64,000 nt of DNA from Patescibacteria group bacterium (GCA_028687275.1 JAQUAK010000001.1:100213-164212); one strand, 5' to 3'. Positions 17,737-28,700 are shown, counted from the stretch's first letter. The notes: a model not told the origin generated them from the sequence alone. Program-made: numbers and translations.

Positions 17737-18789
17737 ATGGGCTTATTTTCGGCAAATGATGATAATTTATTTTTAGGTGTTGATATTGGTGACTCATCTT
17801 TAAAGATGGTTGAATTGCGTAAGAAGAATAAAAAGATATATTTATCCAATTATGCTTTTAGCGAGAATGTTAAAGGAGTTAACTTTACTAAAATTGAAGA
17901 TACTAATTATTTAGCACAGGCAATTTTAAAAGTTAAGGCTGAGGCGGGCATTAAGGCTCGTCGCGTAACAGCTTCCTTGCCCACTTTCTCTGTATTTTCT
18001 TCTGTTATTAATTTACCGACGACTAATAGGAAAAATATGGACGCGGTTGTTGCCGAGGAGGCCAAGAAAGTTATTCCTCTGCCGCCAGAAGAAATGATTT
18101 TGGATTGGAAATTAGTGCCTGATAGCACTAGTGGTAATACTCAAGAAAGTGGTCGAGTGTTTTTAACCGGCTCACCTAAAAAATTAGTGCGTCATTACAT
18201 TGATATTTTTCGTTTGGCTAAATTGGAGCTAGCTAGTTTAGAAACAGAAACTTTTTCTTTGGTGCGAGCTCTAATGGGCAACGACTTATCAACGGTGATG
18301 ATTGTTGAAATCGGCGCTAGTAGTACCGACTTGTCCATTGTTCAGGAAAGCATCCCAGTCTTAAACCGCAGCCTAGAAGTTTGTGGCAGCACTGTTACTA
18401 CAGCCTTGTCGGAAAAATTGGGCTTAGATTTTAATCAAGCGGAACAGTTTAAATTTGATTTAAGTGCCTCACTTTCTGATAGCGCTAAAGAAGATTTGCC
18501 TCAGCTTATTATCAAAACTTTAGCTCCAGTTATTCACGAAATTGAGTATATGCGCGATTTTTTTCAGAAGAATTCTAATGGTCGCACTATTGAGAAGATT
18601 ATTTTATCAGGTGGAGGCGCTCTCCTGATGAATTTAGCTGATTATTTGTCACAACATCTTAACGTTCAGGTGATTGTGGGCGATCCTTTTAATCGCATTT
18701 CCTATCCTCATGAAATGAAATCAATCATTGCTGAGGTCGGACCAAAATTAGCCGTCGCTGTCGGTTTAGCTTTAAGAGAAATAAGTTAA
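17737..18789 (+). CDS. pilM: type IV pilus assembly protein PilM
   Basis: Actin-like ATPase fold signature LGVDIGDSSLKMVEL..IVEIGASSTDL..LSGGGA. Confidence 0.85.
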   Translation: MGLFSANDDNLFLGVDIGDSSLKMVELRKKNKKIYLSNYAFSENVKGVNFTKIEDTNYLAQAILKVKAEAGIKARRVTASLPTFSVFSSVINLPTTNRKNMDAVVAEEAKKVIPLPPEEMILDWKLVPDSTSGNTQESGRVFLTGSPKKLVRHYIDIFRLAKLELASLETETFSLVRALMGNDLSTVMIVEIGASSTDLSIVQESIPVLNRSLEVCGSTVTTALSEKLGLDFNQAEQFKFDLSASLSDSAKEDLPQLIIKTLAPVIHEIEYMRDFFQKNSNGRTIEKIILSGGGALLMNLADYLSQHLNVQVIVGDPFNRISYPHEMKSIIAEVGPKLAVAVGLALREIS

Positions 18790-18797
18790 TTTTATTT

Positions 18798-19445
18798 GTG
18801 TTTAATTTTCAATTAAAAAAGAATAATAAGAATGCCAACATAAAATCTGATTCATCACAGAATCCGAAGATTCTTGAAGTTAACCTGATTAAAAATGAGA
18901 TGCAGATTTCTTTTGATTGGAGTCAGCATTTAAGCACACTATTTTTTGCCGTCTTGGTTACCATTTTATTTGTAGCTGAAATATACTTTGGTTTAAATTG
19001 GTGGACTGATTACGAGGGTAAAAGAGTTTTAGATTCTGAAACTAAGTTTAATCAGGTGTCTCAAGATATTAGGGCTCTTAAGACAGAATCTGATCAGATT
19101 TTAGCTTTTAAAAAAAGAGCGGATGTGGCTAATTCTCTGCTCGAAAACCATATTTATTGGACTAATTTTTTAGATTGGCTGGAAAAAAATACTCTTAGCA
19201 CGGTCACTTATTCTGGTATTTCCGGCAAGAGTGATGGTATCTATGATTTAGCGGCTACCGCTAATGCCTTTAGAGAGGTTAGTTGGCAGACTCGAGCTTT
19301 TATGGCTGACCCTTCAGTGATTTCTGTGAGAGTTGATGAAGCCTCCTTGGAGAAGTCGGAGAAGGAGGATGCGGGTTTATCTACAGTCGGATTTAATCTA
19401 AGTTTAGAAGTTGATCCACAAATATTTAAAACAAATTTAAAATAA
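18798..19445 (+). CDS. PilN-like bitopic pilus assembly protein
   Basis: It has a single TM helix after EVNLIK, a coiled region, and lies directly after pilM. Confidence 0.5.
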   Translation: MFNFQLKKNNKNANIKSDSSQNPKILEVNLIKNEMQISFDWSQHLSTLFFAVLVTILFVAEIYFGLNWWTDYEGKRVLDSETKFNQVSQDIRALKTESDQILAFKKRADVANSLLENHIYWTNFLDWLEKNTLSTVTYSGISGKSDGIYDLAATANAFREVSWQTRAFMADPSVISVRVDEASLEKSEKEDAGLSTVGFNLSLEVDPQIFKTNLK

Positions 19446-19449
19446 ATTC

Positions 19450-20064
19450 ATGCCCCCAGCACCTGTTCAGAAAAATAAGTATAATGACTTCAATACAATT
19501 TTGAATGATAATTTTAATTTGGTTATCGTGGCGGTTGTTGTAGTTTTATTAGTAGCTTCTTATTTTCTTATTATTCAACCAAAGTTTGAAACTACTTTAG
19601 TGGCGATTAAAGCCAATATTGATCAGCAGGAGTTGTTCTATCAGAGCCAAAGACAGAAATTAACTGACTTACAGGCAGCGGTAGTTTTATATCGCAAGGT
19701 TGGTGCAGATAATATTGATAAAATAAATGAAATTTTACCCGATGAATATGCTAAAGAGAGATTATTTGGAGAGCTTGAAGATATTCTATCGCAGAAGGGT
19801 TTAACTTTAGATTCTTTGCAGCTATCTAAGGGTGGGGAAGACGATAAAGAGCCTTTGGCTCCAAGTGGTCAAGGCTTGCTATCATTGCCCAATGTAGGGA
19901 CAATCAAGGCGGAGTTATCTCTGTCGTCAGTTGATTATGTTGCCCTCAAAAATCTTTTACCTCTATTAGAAAAACAACTACGTTTAATCGATGTTGAAGA
20001 GCTTGACTTTGACCCGGCTGCCAACACGGTTCATCTCATTTTCTATACCTATTATTTTAAATAA
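19450..20064 (+). CDS. PilO-like bitopic pilus assembly protein
   Basis: Single TM helix plus coiled coil, at the gene-order position of pilO. Confidence 0.5.
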   Translation: MPPAPVQKNKYNDFNTILNDNFNLVIVAVVVVLLVASYFLIIQPKFETTLVAIKANIDQQELFYQSQRQKLTDLQAAVVLYRKVGADNIDKINEILPDEYAKERLFGELEDILSQKGLTLDSLQLSKGGEDDKEPLAPSGQGLLSLPNVGTIKAELSLSSVDYVALKNLLPLLEKQLRLIDVEELDFDPAANTVHLIFYTYYFK

Positions 20065-20076
20065 TTAATCTTAATT

Positions 20077-20460
20077 ATGTCATCTAAACGCAATTCCAGT
20101 ATCTATTTGCTTGTTGGACTGCTAATTATAGCGGGTATTTTGATTTTTGCGTTTAAAAATAATCTTTTATCTTATTTAAGCATGCAGGTATTTGGTGCTA
20201 ATGAAAATAATCAAGAGATACCATTAGAAGCTTCGGCTAGTAGTATTATTAATGTAGATATTCTCGAAAATCAAAAATTTAAAGATTTGTCTGATCACGT
20301 TCTTTATTTTGATTTTAATTATGTGGGCAAGGCGGTAATTAATAAAAATGCACCTGCCGGCGCCAAAGCTCCTTCCTGGGCTCCGGTATATTTAGGTAAT
20401 TCCAACCCCTTTTTTGTTCCAGTTGAGAAACCTGAAGCTATCGGAGGCGTCATCAAATAA
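20077..20460 (+). CDS. small membrane-anchored protein of the pilus cluster
   Basis: 127-aa ORF with an N-terminal TM helix, between the pilO-like gene and pilB. Confidence 0.45.
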   Translation: MSSKRNSSIYLLVGLLIIAGILIFAFKNNLLSYLSMQVFGANENNQEIPLEASASSIINVDILENQKFKDLSDHVLYFDFNYVGKAVINKNAPAGAKAPSWAPVYLGNSNPFFVPVEKPEAIGGVIK

Positions 20461-20466
20461 CTATAT

Positions 20467-22224
20467 ATGGATAAACAGGAGGAATTAATTAAAGTTTTGC
20501 AGGAAAAAAAATTTATCAGTTCCGAGCAAGCTTCCAGCTTAATCTCACAGGCTGCTGCCGCTAAAATGGAGCTGCCTAATTTTATATTGCACAATAAATT
20601 ACTGAGTGAAGAAAAATTAACAGAAGTTAAGGCCGAGCTTTATAATTTACCTTATTATTTACACGCTGATGATGAGATACCAGAAGAGGTCCTCAATTTC
20701 TTACCTGAAGAAATTGCTCGTACTTATCATATTATTTGTTTTGCTCGGGAGAATAAGATTCTCAAAATAGGTTTAGTTGAGCCTAACTTAAAGGCAATGG
20801 AGGCAGTTAATTTCTTGGCCTTGGATGAAAAACTATCAGTTCAGTATTATCTAATTTCTAATTCCAGTTGGGACCGCATCTTTAAACAATATCAAAAACT
20901 GGAAGAAGAAATTTCTAGCGCCTTAGAAGTTAAGGCTCAGGAAGAGGGGGATGATATTATTTCTATTAATACCGACGAAAGTGCCTTGGTTGATGATAAG
21001 GATATTAACAGTGCCCCAGTTTCTCGTATCGTGTCTGTTATTATTCGCCATGCGGTTGAAGCTCATGCCAGTGATATTCACATTGAGCCATATGATAAAG
21101 AAAGCCGGGTGCGTTATCGTATCGATGGCATTTTACACACTTCCTTAACTCTACCTAAAACTATTCATAACGCCATTATTGCTCGTATTAAAGTGTTGGC
21201 TAAATTAAAGTTAGATGAAACTCGTATTCCTCAAGATGGACGTATTCGTTTATTAGTTAATAGTCGTCCAGTCGATTTTCGTATTTCCACCCTACCTTTA
21301 GCTAATCAAGAAAAAGTAGTAATGCGTATTTTAGATAATTCCAGGGGCGCGCCAAAATTAGAGGACTTAGGCTTTAACCTTAATTCTTTAAAGGTTATAC
21401 ATGAGGCCATTAAAAAAACTAGCGGTATTATTCTCGTTACCGGTCCAACCGGTTCTGGTAAGACAACTACTTTATACTCTTTGCTCGGTATTTTAAATCA
21501 AGATGGAGTTAATATTTCTACTCTTGAAGATCCAATTGAATATGAAATGAAGGGAGTTAATCAGTCCCAAGTTCGTCCTCAAGTTGGCTTTACTTTTGCT
21601 AGTGGCTTGCGCTCTTTACTTCGTCAAGATCCAAATATTATCATGGTGGGAGAAATTCGTGATGAAGAAACGGCTGAATTATCTATTCACGCTTCTTTAA
21701 CTGGTCACTTAGTAGTTTCCACCCTGCATACTAATGATGCTATCGGAGCTGTGTTTCGTCTTTTAGATATGAAGATTGAGCGCTTTCTGCTTTCTTCTAC
21801 TTTAAAAACAGTTGTGGCCCAGCGCTTGGCTCGCCGTCTATGTGATCGCTGTAAAAAGGAGGTAAAATTATCTGCAGCCGAATTAGAGACTTTGGCCAGC
21901 GATTTAAAAGGTATCCCAGAAAATATTTTAAGAGCCGAGTTGCCTAATCTAATTAATTTAGATGACTTAAATAATTATAAATTCTATCATCCAGTTGGTT
22001 GTGGCCACTGTGAAAATACAGGCTTCTCGGGACGAGTAGCTGTCTCAGAGGTGATTGATATTAATGAAACGTTGAAAGATATTATTAATCAAGGTGACCA
22101 GAAATTTAGTTTAGAGACAGTTAAAAAAAGTCAGGATTTTATTTCCATTAAGCAAGACGGGGCGGTTAAGGTTCTTAAGGGGCTGACGACTATCGAAGAA
22201 ATTTTACGTGTAATTGAGAGTTAA
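20467..22224 (+). CDS. pilB: type IV pilus assembly ATPase PilB/GspE
   Basis: Walker A GPTGSGKTTT, Asp box, Walker B IIMVGEIRD, His box STLHTND, and tetracysteine CDRC..CGHC. Confidence 0.95.
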   Translation: MDKQEELIKVLQEKKFISSEQASSLISQAAAAKMELPNFILHNKLLSEEKLTEVKAELYNLPYYLHADDEIPEEVLNFLPEEIARTYHIICFARENKILKIGLVEPNLKAMEAVNFLALDEKLSVQYYLISNSSWDRIFKQYQKLEEEISSALEVKAQEEGDDIISINTDESALVDDKDINSAPVSRIVSVIIRHAVEAHASDIHIEPYDKESRVRYRIDGILHTSLTLPKTIHNAIIARIKVLAKLKLDETRIPQDGRIRLLVNSRPVDFRISTLPLANQEKVVMRILDNSRGAPKLEDLGFNLNSLKVIHEAIKKTSGIILVTGPTGSGKTTTLYSLLGILNQDGVNISTLEDPIEYEMKGVNQSQVRPQVGFTFASGLRSLLRQDPNIIMVGEIRDEETAELSIHASLTGHLVVSTLHTNDAIGAVFRLLDMKIERFLLSSTLKTVVAQRLARRLCDRCKKEVKLSAAELETLASDLKGIPENILRAELPNLINLDDLNNYKFYHPVGCGHCENTGFSGRVAVSEVIDINETLKDIINQGDQKFSLETVKKSQDFISIKQDGAVKVLKGLTTIEEILRVIES

Positions 22225-22228
22225 ACTT

Positions 22229-23437
22229 ATGCCAATTTTTAAATATAAAGCTAAAAATAATACCAGCGGACGTTCTAAATCAGAACTGACGGTGGCTTTA
22301 AATCAGTCTGAATTAGTGGCCAGTTTACGTCGTCGTGATTATAATGTCGTTTCGATGTCCGATATTAGTGATAGCCTGGAGGCTAAAATTCATTTAATCT
22401 TAAATCCAATTAAGGTTAAGGATTTAGTTATTTTTTCACGTCAGTTTTCAGTTATGATTGCCGCCAATATGCCCGTGGTTGAGTCTTTGTTAATTTTAAT
22501 TGATCAGACCAATAGTTTCTCTTTAAAAAACATGATTGCCAATATCGCCTTCGAGGTGGATAGCGGTTCTTTATTATCTGATTCCTTTGCTCGTCGTCCG
22601 GCTGTCTTTTCGGAGTTTTTTATTAATATTATTAAGAGTGGAGAAACCTCTGGTAAGTTGGACGAAGTACTTACCTACTTAGCCGATGAAATGGAGAAGA
22701 GTTATGATATGTCCTCAAAAATTAAAAGCGCCATGATTTATCCGTCTTTTATTTTAGTGGCCTTAACGGGCGTGGGCGTGATGTTAATGGTTTATGTTAT
22801 TCCTAATCTTACTGCCATGTTAACGGAAACGGGCATGAAGTTACCAATTTCAACTCGTATTATTATTGCGATTTCCACCTTCATGCGTGATTATTTAATT
22901 TTAATTGTTTTGGTTCTTATCGGCTTGGCCATGGGTGCACGTTATTACTTGAAAACTGATATGGGTAAACGGCAGTTAGATAGCTTTAAATTAAGGATGC
23001 CAATTTTTGGCAAATTATTTAAGTATATTTATTTAATGCGTTTTACCAGATCTCTTTCTACCTTGCTTAAGGGTGGAGTGACGATTACACACTCTCTAGA
23101 AATTACAGCTAATGTGGTGGGTAATGTGATTTACCGTGATTTGATTTTACAAACCTTAAAGGCAATTAATGATGGTAATTCACTGGCTTCAGTTTTTGAA
23201 ACGAGCGACGATGTTCCCAAGATGGTGCCACAGATGATTAGTATTGGTGAACGCACCGGTCAACTGGATAATGTCTTGGATAAAATTACTGATTTTTATT
23301 CACGCGAATCAGCCGCCATGTTAGCTAATCTAAGCTCTTTAATGGAGCCGATGATTATGGTGATTATGGGGTTAGGGGTAGGAGTGATGGTCGCAGCTAT
23401 TTTAATGCCTATGTACAATATGGCTAGTCAGTTTTAG
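22229..23437 (+). CDS. pilC: type IV pilus platform protein PilC/GspF
   Basis: Two GspF-type repeats (SGETSGKLDEVL / IGERTGQLDNVL) and three TM segments. I chose the ATG at 22229, just after the pilB stop. Confidence 0.9.
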   Translation: MPIFKYKAKNNTSGRSKSELTVALNQSELVASLRRRDYNVVSMSDISDSLEAKIHLILNPIKVKDLVIFSRQFSVMIAANMPVVESLLILIDQTNSFSLKNMIANIAFEVDSGSLLSDSFARRPAVFSEFFINIIKSGETSGKLDEVLTYLADEMEKSYDMSSKIKSAMIYPSFILVALTGVGVMLMVYVIPNLTAMLTETGMKLPISTRIIIAISTFMRDYLILIVLVLIGLAMGARYYLKTDMGKRQLDSFKLRMPIFGKLFKYIYLMRFTRSLSTLLKGGVTITHSLEITANVVGNVIYRDLILQTLKAINDGNSLASVFETSDDVPKMVPQMISIGERTGQLDNVLDKITDFYSRESAAMLANLSSLMEPMIMVIMGLGVGVMVAAILMPMYNMASQF

Positions 23438-23647
23438 AAAAGATAAAAAGTATTGCCCCACCTTTTGTTTTATGTTAAAATAATAATAGTTCAGTTATTA
23501 CCGTATTATTAATTAGCTAGGGCTTGCTGAAGTTTGCTCTTAATGCTAATATTAACAATGTAAGTTGTATTGCTGCTTATAGAAATTAAATCAATTTTAA
23601 AATATATTATTTTTCCGCTGTTTAGGCGGTTGCTAAGTTCAAAATTT

Positions 23648-24085
23648 ATGAATAAAAAAGGTTTTACTTTAATTGAATTGTTGGTAGTAATCGCCATCAT
23701 TGGCTTGCTATCCACACTATCAGTTTTAGCTTTAAACAGTGCTCGTGCTCGATCTCGCGACGCTAAACGTATTACCGACATTAAGCAGATTCAAACTGCT
23801 TTAGAAATGTATTACAATGACGCTGGTGTATATCCATCAACTCTTGGGACTCCTATTGCAACAGGGAGCATTGCAACCAGTGGTAATATTTATATGATGA
23901 AGATTCCAACAGCACCTACTCCAGTTGATGGAGATTGTTCTGGCACAAATGATTATAAGTATACTTACATTGGCACTTCTGGCACTGGTGGTTCTTACAC
24001 TCTTACCTATTGCCTTGGTGCAAATACTGGTGGCGTGCTTAGTGGCGTTAATACCGCTACTCCAGCCGGTATTACTAGCAAATAG
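23648..24085 (+). CDS. major type IV pilin
   Basis: Prepilin leader and cleavage motif MNKKG/FTLIELLVVIAIIGLL. I took the start at the ATG rather than the longer ORF-track start. Confidence 0.9.
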   Translation: MNKKGFTLIELLVVIAIIGLLSTLSVLALNSARARSRDAKRITDIKQIQTALEMYYNDAGVYPSTLGTPIATGSIATSGNIYMMKIPTAPTPVDGDCSGTNDYKYTYIGTSGTGGSYTLTYCLGANTGGVLSGVNTATPAGITSK

Positions 24086-24104
24086 TTTAAAACAAATATT
24101 GTTT

Positions 24105-24137
24105 AAACCTTCCTCTTTGAAAGAGGAAGGTTTTTTG
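24105..24137 (+). terminator. rho-independent terminator after the pilin gene
   Basis: aaaccttcctct-ttgaa-agaggaaggttt followed by a T-run. Confidence 0.8.
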
Positions 24138-24169
24138 TTTGCGTCCTGGCCTTATGCTATAATAAGTTT

Positions 24170-25159
24170 ATGAATTTAGAGGTAATCGACAATTTGAATG
24201 ATTCTATTTGGGACAAATCTTTGGCTTGTTTAGAAGATGGAGCTGAATTATTGCAATCTGGTATTTGGCGGGAAATGATTCAAAAAGAAGGCTCTACTAG
24301 CCTGCGTTTTGCCTGGTCTAAAGAAGGGAAAATAGTAGTTTTAGCTCAAGTTATTGAAACAACTAAGTTTGCTTTTAAATTCTGGTATTTACCACGAGGG
24401 CCTTTAGCGCTAGTTGCCAGCTTAGGGGAGTCAGAGTGGAAACGGGTACAAGCTGATTTAATAGTAGCAGCTAAGAAAAATGGAATCGTGAGCATTAGTC
24501 TTGAGCCAGAAAATTGGAGCTTAAAAACTTCTTTGTATGGTCAAAAGATTAAGCATGTTCAGCCAGAAAAAAGTTTATTTTTAAATTTAAATTTAAGTGA
24601 GACTGATTTACTAAAAGCAATGCACGCCAAGACTCGTTATAATATTCGTTTAGCGGACAAGAAGGGGGTTGAAATTGTGCAGGGGAGCGAAGACGATTTA
24701 AAAACTTTTTGGCAACTACTTAAAACAACTACTAGCCGTGATGGTTTTTCTGGGCATAGTTTAGTTCATTATCAAAACCTATTAGCCTCAGGGAGGTCGG
24801 TAATTGAATTGTGGTTAGCAAAAAAAGAGGATAAGGTTTTGGCGGCGGGTATATTTTCTTTCTACCAGGGCAGGGCTGTTTATCTTCATGGTGCCTCGGG
24901 TGATTTTGGTAGACAATATATGGCTCCCTATTTATTGCAATGGCAGATGATTTTACGAGCTAAAGAAAAAGCTTGTCGTTATTATGATTTCTACGGCATT
25001 GATGCTTTAAAATGGCCAGGAGTTACTCGTTTTAAATTAGGCTTTGGTGGGGAAGAGCGTAATTATCCCGGCACTTATTTAATTATTTTAAAAACTAGTC
25101 ATTATTATTTATATAAAACCTTAGTTGTTATTAAGAGGTTTTTAAGAAAGATTTTTTAA
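24170..25159 (+). CDS. FemAB-family peptidoglycan interpeptide-bridge aminoacyltransferase
   Basis: MHAKTRYNIRLADKKGVEI..YLHGASG resemble the FemX/FemAB family. Confidence 0.75.
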   Translation: MNLEVIDNLNDSIWDKSLACLEDGAELLQSGIWREMIQKEGSTSLRFAWSKEGKIVVLAQVIETTKFAFKFWYLPRGPLALVASLGESEWKRVQADLIVAAKKNGIVSISLEPENWSLKTSLYGQKIKHVQPEKSLFLNLNLSETDLLKAMHAKTRYNIRLADKKGVEIVQGSEDDLKTFWQLLKTTTSRDGFSGHSLVHYQNLLASGRSVIELWLAKKEDKVLAAGIFSFYQGRAVYLHGASGDFGRQYMAPYLLQWQMILRAKEKACRYYDFYGIDALKWPGVTRFKLGFGGEERNYPGTYLIILKTSHYYLYKTLVVIKRFLRKIF

Positions 25160-25165
25160 TTATTT

Positions 25166-25621
25166 ATGATATCTCTTGGCATTACAAATTTTACCAAGCA
25201 GTCAGCTCCTCTGAAAACTATGGAAGCGGTTGCTATTTTTGTGGCTAAAAAATTAAAGCTGACTGGCGAATTGTCTGTGGTTTTGGCAGGAGATAGACGT
25301 TTGCATAGTTTAAATAGAGAGTTTCGTGGTTATGATAAAGTGACTGATGTTTTAACTTTTTCCGCGCCCGAGGAAATGAAGAATGCTCTGGGCGAAATCT
25401 TTATCAATTTAAATGATTGTCATCGTGGTTATAAGTATAATGAAGTTTTTAGTGAAAAAAAGTCTTTTAAGTATATCCTTATTTTTTTACTTATCCACGG
25501 TCTACTACATTTAGCTGGTGATGATGATAAATCTGAAAAAGAGCGTTTACAAATGGTGGCTCGGGGTGAAAAAATAATGCAGGAATTATTTAAAAATGAT
25601 ATAATTAAAGCAAATTTATAG
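25166..25621 (+). CDS. ybeY: rRNA maturation endoribonuclease YbeY
   Basis: Metal-binding motif LLIHGLLHLAGDDD. Confidence 0.85.
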   Translation: MISLGITNFTKQSAPLKTMEAVAIFVAKKLKLTGELSVVLAGDRRLHSLNREFRGYDKVTDVLTFSAPEEMKNALGEIFINLNDCHRGYKYNEVFSEKKSFKYILIFLLIHGLLHLAGDDDKSEKERLQMVARGEKIMQELFKNDIIKANL

Positions 25622-25624
25622 CTT

Positions 25625-27010
25625 ATGCGTATTAAGCATCTATTGTTTTTACTTCTGCCTCTGGCCGCTTTAGTGCTGTCGTCTTTTTTAAATTCAGTGA
25701 AAGCTGCGGACTCTGATAATATTAGAGGTCGAGCTTATAATAGTACTTATGGTTATATAAGTTTTAACTGTCTTGACGATGATGGGGCTGGTCGCTTTCC
25801 CTTTACCTTTCCTTTTTTCTTCAATCTTCCTCCTTGTGATTTTTCTCAGCATGGCGTTAATTTGAAAGCTGATAATAATTTTGAAGGGATGGCTTGGAAT
25901 CCTTCTTTAGGCTTCATTGATTTTTCTTTAAATAACCCTCTGGATTTACCTCCAGATAATTATGCTTTTAATTCCCATTGTCCAACTTGTACGGCGGCTA
26001 ATAGCTGCACCGCTTGTTATAATGAGGCTGATCAGCGTATTTATGGCTGGGGGCAAGTGGTAATTGGCGGACGTTGGCTTGAGTTAAACGGCAGTATTAG
26101 CCCGCAGACAACCATGACTAATTACACTAATCCTCAGCCAGGTATTTTTTCTGGCTATGCCTCCACTAATTATATCCCGGCCGATGATTTCGGTTCCATC
26201 AGTTTTAATTGTAGTAATGATTCTAGCTGTTATACTGATAACTACTATGTCTGGTTGTGGAGATTAGAATTAAAAGAAATGTCGGCACCAAACTGGAGTT
26301 TTGATGATGCTTGTAATACGGGGGCACGTAAAGCAGTTTTTAAATGGCTGCGTCGGGGCGGTATTCAGACCGCTTATCGAGTAATTATTAATACAAGCAA
26401 TAGCACTTCTACTCCGGTGTCTTTTGATTCTGGCAAGATTGTTGGAGATGCTAACCAGTTTAGTTGTCCTGGGCCTTGGTGCACTGGCTTTACCTTTAAT
26501 TATAATACCAGCTATTATTGGTGGTTACAGCTGTGGGATGAGAATGATCAAGCAACTGATTTTTTTCAATTTGATACTGATGCCACTGGAGTTTTAACTG
26601 ATAATATTGACCATAACCAGGCTAATAATCCTGGAAATTACAAAAAAACCTTTACTACCTATAAACATGAGTTTCCTAGCCCTTATTTTTCTTGGGATCC
26701 ATTGGATATTATAGTTGGCTCAAGCACTGCCTTTACCAGCAACTCTCGCTACTATACAATTGCTTCGCCTAATACTAATTCTCAGTTGTGCATTGATGGT
26801 GTTTGCGGTTTTTCTTGGTCAGCTAGTGACGCTCTCGCCACTATCAGTAGTACCAGCACAGCTACTACTACTATTATTTTTGGTAATAATAACAACCAGA
26901 GTGTTTATCTATCAGTTACTGATCCGGATGCATACACTTGTTCAACCTCATCGCCAATTCTATCTATTAATTATCAATTACCAATTTGGAAAGAAGTTAA
27001 AGCGGATTAA
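25625..27010 (+). CDS. secreted Cys/aromatic-rich protein with G-x-A-W..G-[YF]-I-[SD]-F repeats
   Basis: A signal peptide is followed by recurring RAYNSTYGYISFNC, GMAWNPSLGFIDFS and DFGSISFNC motifs. It lies directly upstream of the minor pilins. Confidence 0.7.
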   Translation: MRIKHLLFLLLPLAALVLSSFLNSVKAADSDNIRGRAYNSTYGYISFNCLDDDGAGRFPFTFPFFFNLPPCDFSQHGVNLKADNNFEGMAWNPSLGFIDFSLNNPLDLPPDNYAFNSHCPTCTAANSCTACYNEADQRIYGWGQVVIGGRWLELNGSISPQTTMTNYTNPQPGIFSGYASTNYIPADDFGSISFNCSNDSSCYTDNYYVWLWRLELKEMSAPNWSFDDACNTGARKAVFKWLRRGGIQTAYRVIINTSNSTSTPVSFDSGKIVGDANQFSCPGPWCTGFTFNYNTSYYWWLQLWDENDQATDFFQFDTDATGVLTDNIDHNQANNPGNYKKTFTTYKHEFPSPYFSWDPLDIIVGSSTAFTSNSRYYTIASPNTNSQLCIDGVCGFSWSASDALATISSTSTATTTIIFGNNNNQSVYLSVTDPDAYTCSTSSPILSINYQLPIWKEVKAD

Positions 27011-27021
27011 TTATCTATTTA

Positions 27022-27552
27022 ATGTCTAAATTTTTTAAATACAAAAGAAATAATTTAAATTTACCTGCCTTTAGTCTGGTTGAAATTATGGCGGTCATGT
27101 TAATTGTATCTTTGGGTTTAGTGGGGACAGTTAATTTAGCTATTCAAAATATTCAAGCTCAGACTATTAATAATGATAATTTAGTTGCCTATCAATTATC
27201 CCAAGAGGGTTTAGAATTAGTAAGGCAAATAAGAGATACCAATTGGTTGCAAGGCAATGATTGGTTAGATGGCCTCGGTTCTAATCGCTATTGTCTTGAT
27301 TATCGCAACTTACCACCGGTAGTAGTGGCGGCAGTTAATAGTTGCTCTTTGTATTTAGACGAAAATAATTACTATTATAGCCCAACTATTGACGGCAGCT
27401 TATCAACTGCAAATGGTAGTAAATTTTCTCGCATCTTAGAAATTAATGCTGCCACTTCTAGCGCTTCGGTGAAATCAATTGTGAGTTGGGTGGGTAGAAA
27501 TAATTCGGTGCACAGTTATACTGCCGAAACTCAGTTGTATGATTGGTATTAA
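27022..27552 (+). CDS. minor (pseudo)pilin
   Basis: Prepilin-type N-terminus LPAFSLVEIMAVMLIV. Confidence 0.75.
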   Translation: MSKFFKYKRNNLNLPAFSLVEIMAVMLIVSLGLVGTVNLAIQNIQAQTINNDNLVAYQLSQEGLELVRQIRDTNWLQGNDWLDGLGSNRYCLDYRNLPPVVVAAVNSCSLYLDENNYYYSPTIDGSLSTANGSKFSRILEINAATSSASVKSIVSWVGRNNSVHSYTAETQLYDWY

Positions 27553-27564
27553 GTCTATATTTTT

Positions 27565-28128
27565 ATGAAAAGAAACAGATGTAATTTAGGTTTTTCTTTA
27601 ATTGAATTGATTGTTAGTATTAGTATTATCACTTTGTTAACTACAATTTTTTTAGCCAACTATCATACCATTAATCGACGTACTGATTTAACTATGACTG
27701 CTCAAGTGTTGGTAACGGATATTAGAACGGCTCAATCTAACGCTCTGGGACTTATTCAATATGATGGTGAAATACCAGCCGGCGGTTGGGGGGTATTTTT
27801 ATCTCGTTATGATGATGAAAATGATAAATATATTATTTTCGCGGATGTTGATGGTACCCAGGATTATTCTGGCGATGAATCGGCCACACAGTTTGGAGCG
27901 AAGACAGTTAATTTACCTCCAAAAATTACTATTGATAGCTTGCGTACACAAAACAATCAAGAGGTGGAAAAAGTTAATATTATTTTTCTGCCCCCCGATC
28001 CATTAACCTATATTATTACTGAGTTTGGTACTACTACGGCTATAAATATTCGCTTGAAAGAATCTTTGAATAATACTACCAAAACAGTACGGATTAACTT
28101 TCTTGGTTTAGTTGAGGTGATTGATTAA
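27565..28128 (+). CDS. minor (pseudo)pilin
   Basis: Prepilin-type N-terminus NLGFSLIELIVSISIITLL. Confidence 0.8.
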   Translation: MKRNRCNLGFSLIELIVSISIITLLTTIFLANYHTINRRTDLTMTAQVLVTDIRTAQSNALGLIQYDGEIPAGGWGVFLSRYDDENDKYIIFADVDGTQDYSGDESATQFGAKTVNLPPKITIDSLRTQNNQEVEKVNIIFLPPDPLTYIITEFGTTTAINIRLKESLNNTTKTVRINFLGLVEVID

Positions 28129-28135
28129 TTGAAAT

Positions 28136-28699
28136 ATGAAAAAGTCTAAGCAGCAATATTCCAAACAGGGAAATACTTTAATTGAGGTGATTGTCTCTAC
28201 CGCTCTTTTCGTTGTGATTATGCTTTCAATGACCCAGATTTTTAAAATGATGCTTGATTACCAACGTCAGGCAATTGCCACTCAGAATGTTCAGGAAAAT
28301 TTAAAATACTTTTTCGAGGTGATATCTAAAGAACTAAGAACCGCTAAACGGGCGAATAGTAGTTGTGCTAGTTTGCCGGCTAATGCTCGCTTTCTGCGAG
28401 AGAGTAATACCTATGGTGAGGTTCTGCATTTAAAAAATTATCATGATGAGTGCGTTACCTATTCCTTAGATGATGATAACGGAGTGATTCGTTTTAAAGT
28501 AGAAAGAGGTGGTTATGGTGGTTATCTATCGCCCGCCCAAATAAATATTAGTGACCTACATTTTCTTGTTCGTGAGGAAAATGACCAACAGGCTTTTATT
28601 ACCATTAATATGGGCGCCCATTCAGTTGGTCGAGAGGCTAGTTACTCACAGATGTATTTGCAAACCACCATCACCTCACGTTATTATCGCGATAATTAA
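28136..28699 (+). CDS. minor (pseudo)pilin
   Basis: Prepilin-type N-terminus QGNTLIEVIVSTALFVV. Confidence 0.75.
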   Translation: MKKSKQQYSKQGNTLIEVIVSTALFVVIMLSMTQIFKMMLDYQRQAIATQNVQENLKYFFEVISKELRTAKRANSSCASLPANARFLRESNTYGEVLHLKNYHDECVTYSLDDDNGVIRFKVERGGYGGYLSPAQINISDLHFLVREENDQQAFITINMGAHSVGREASYSQMYLQTTITSRYYRDN

Positions 28700-28700
28700 T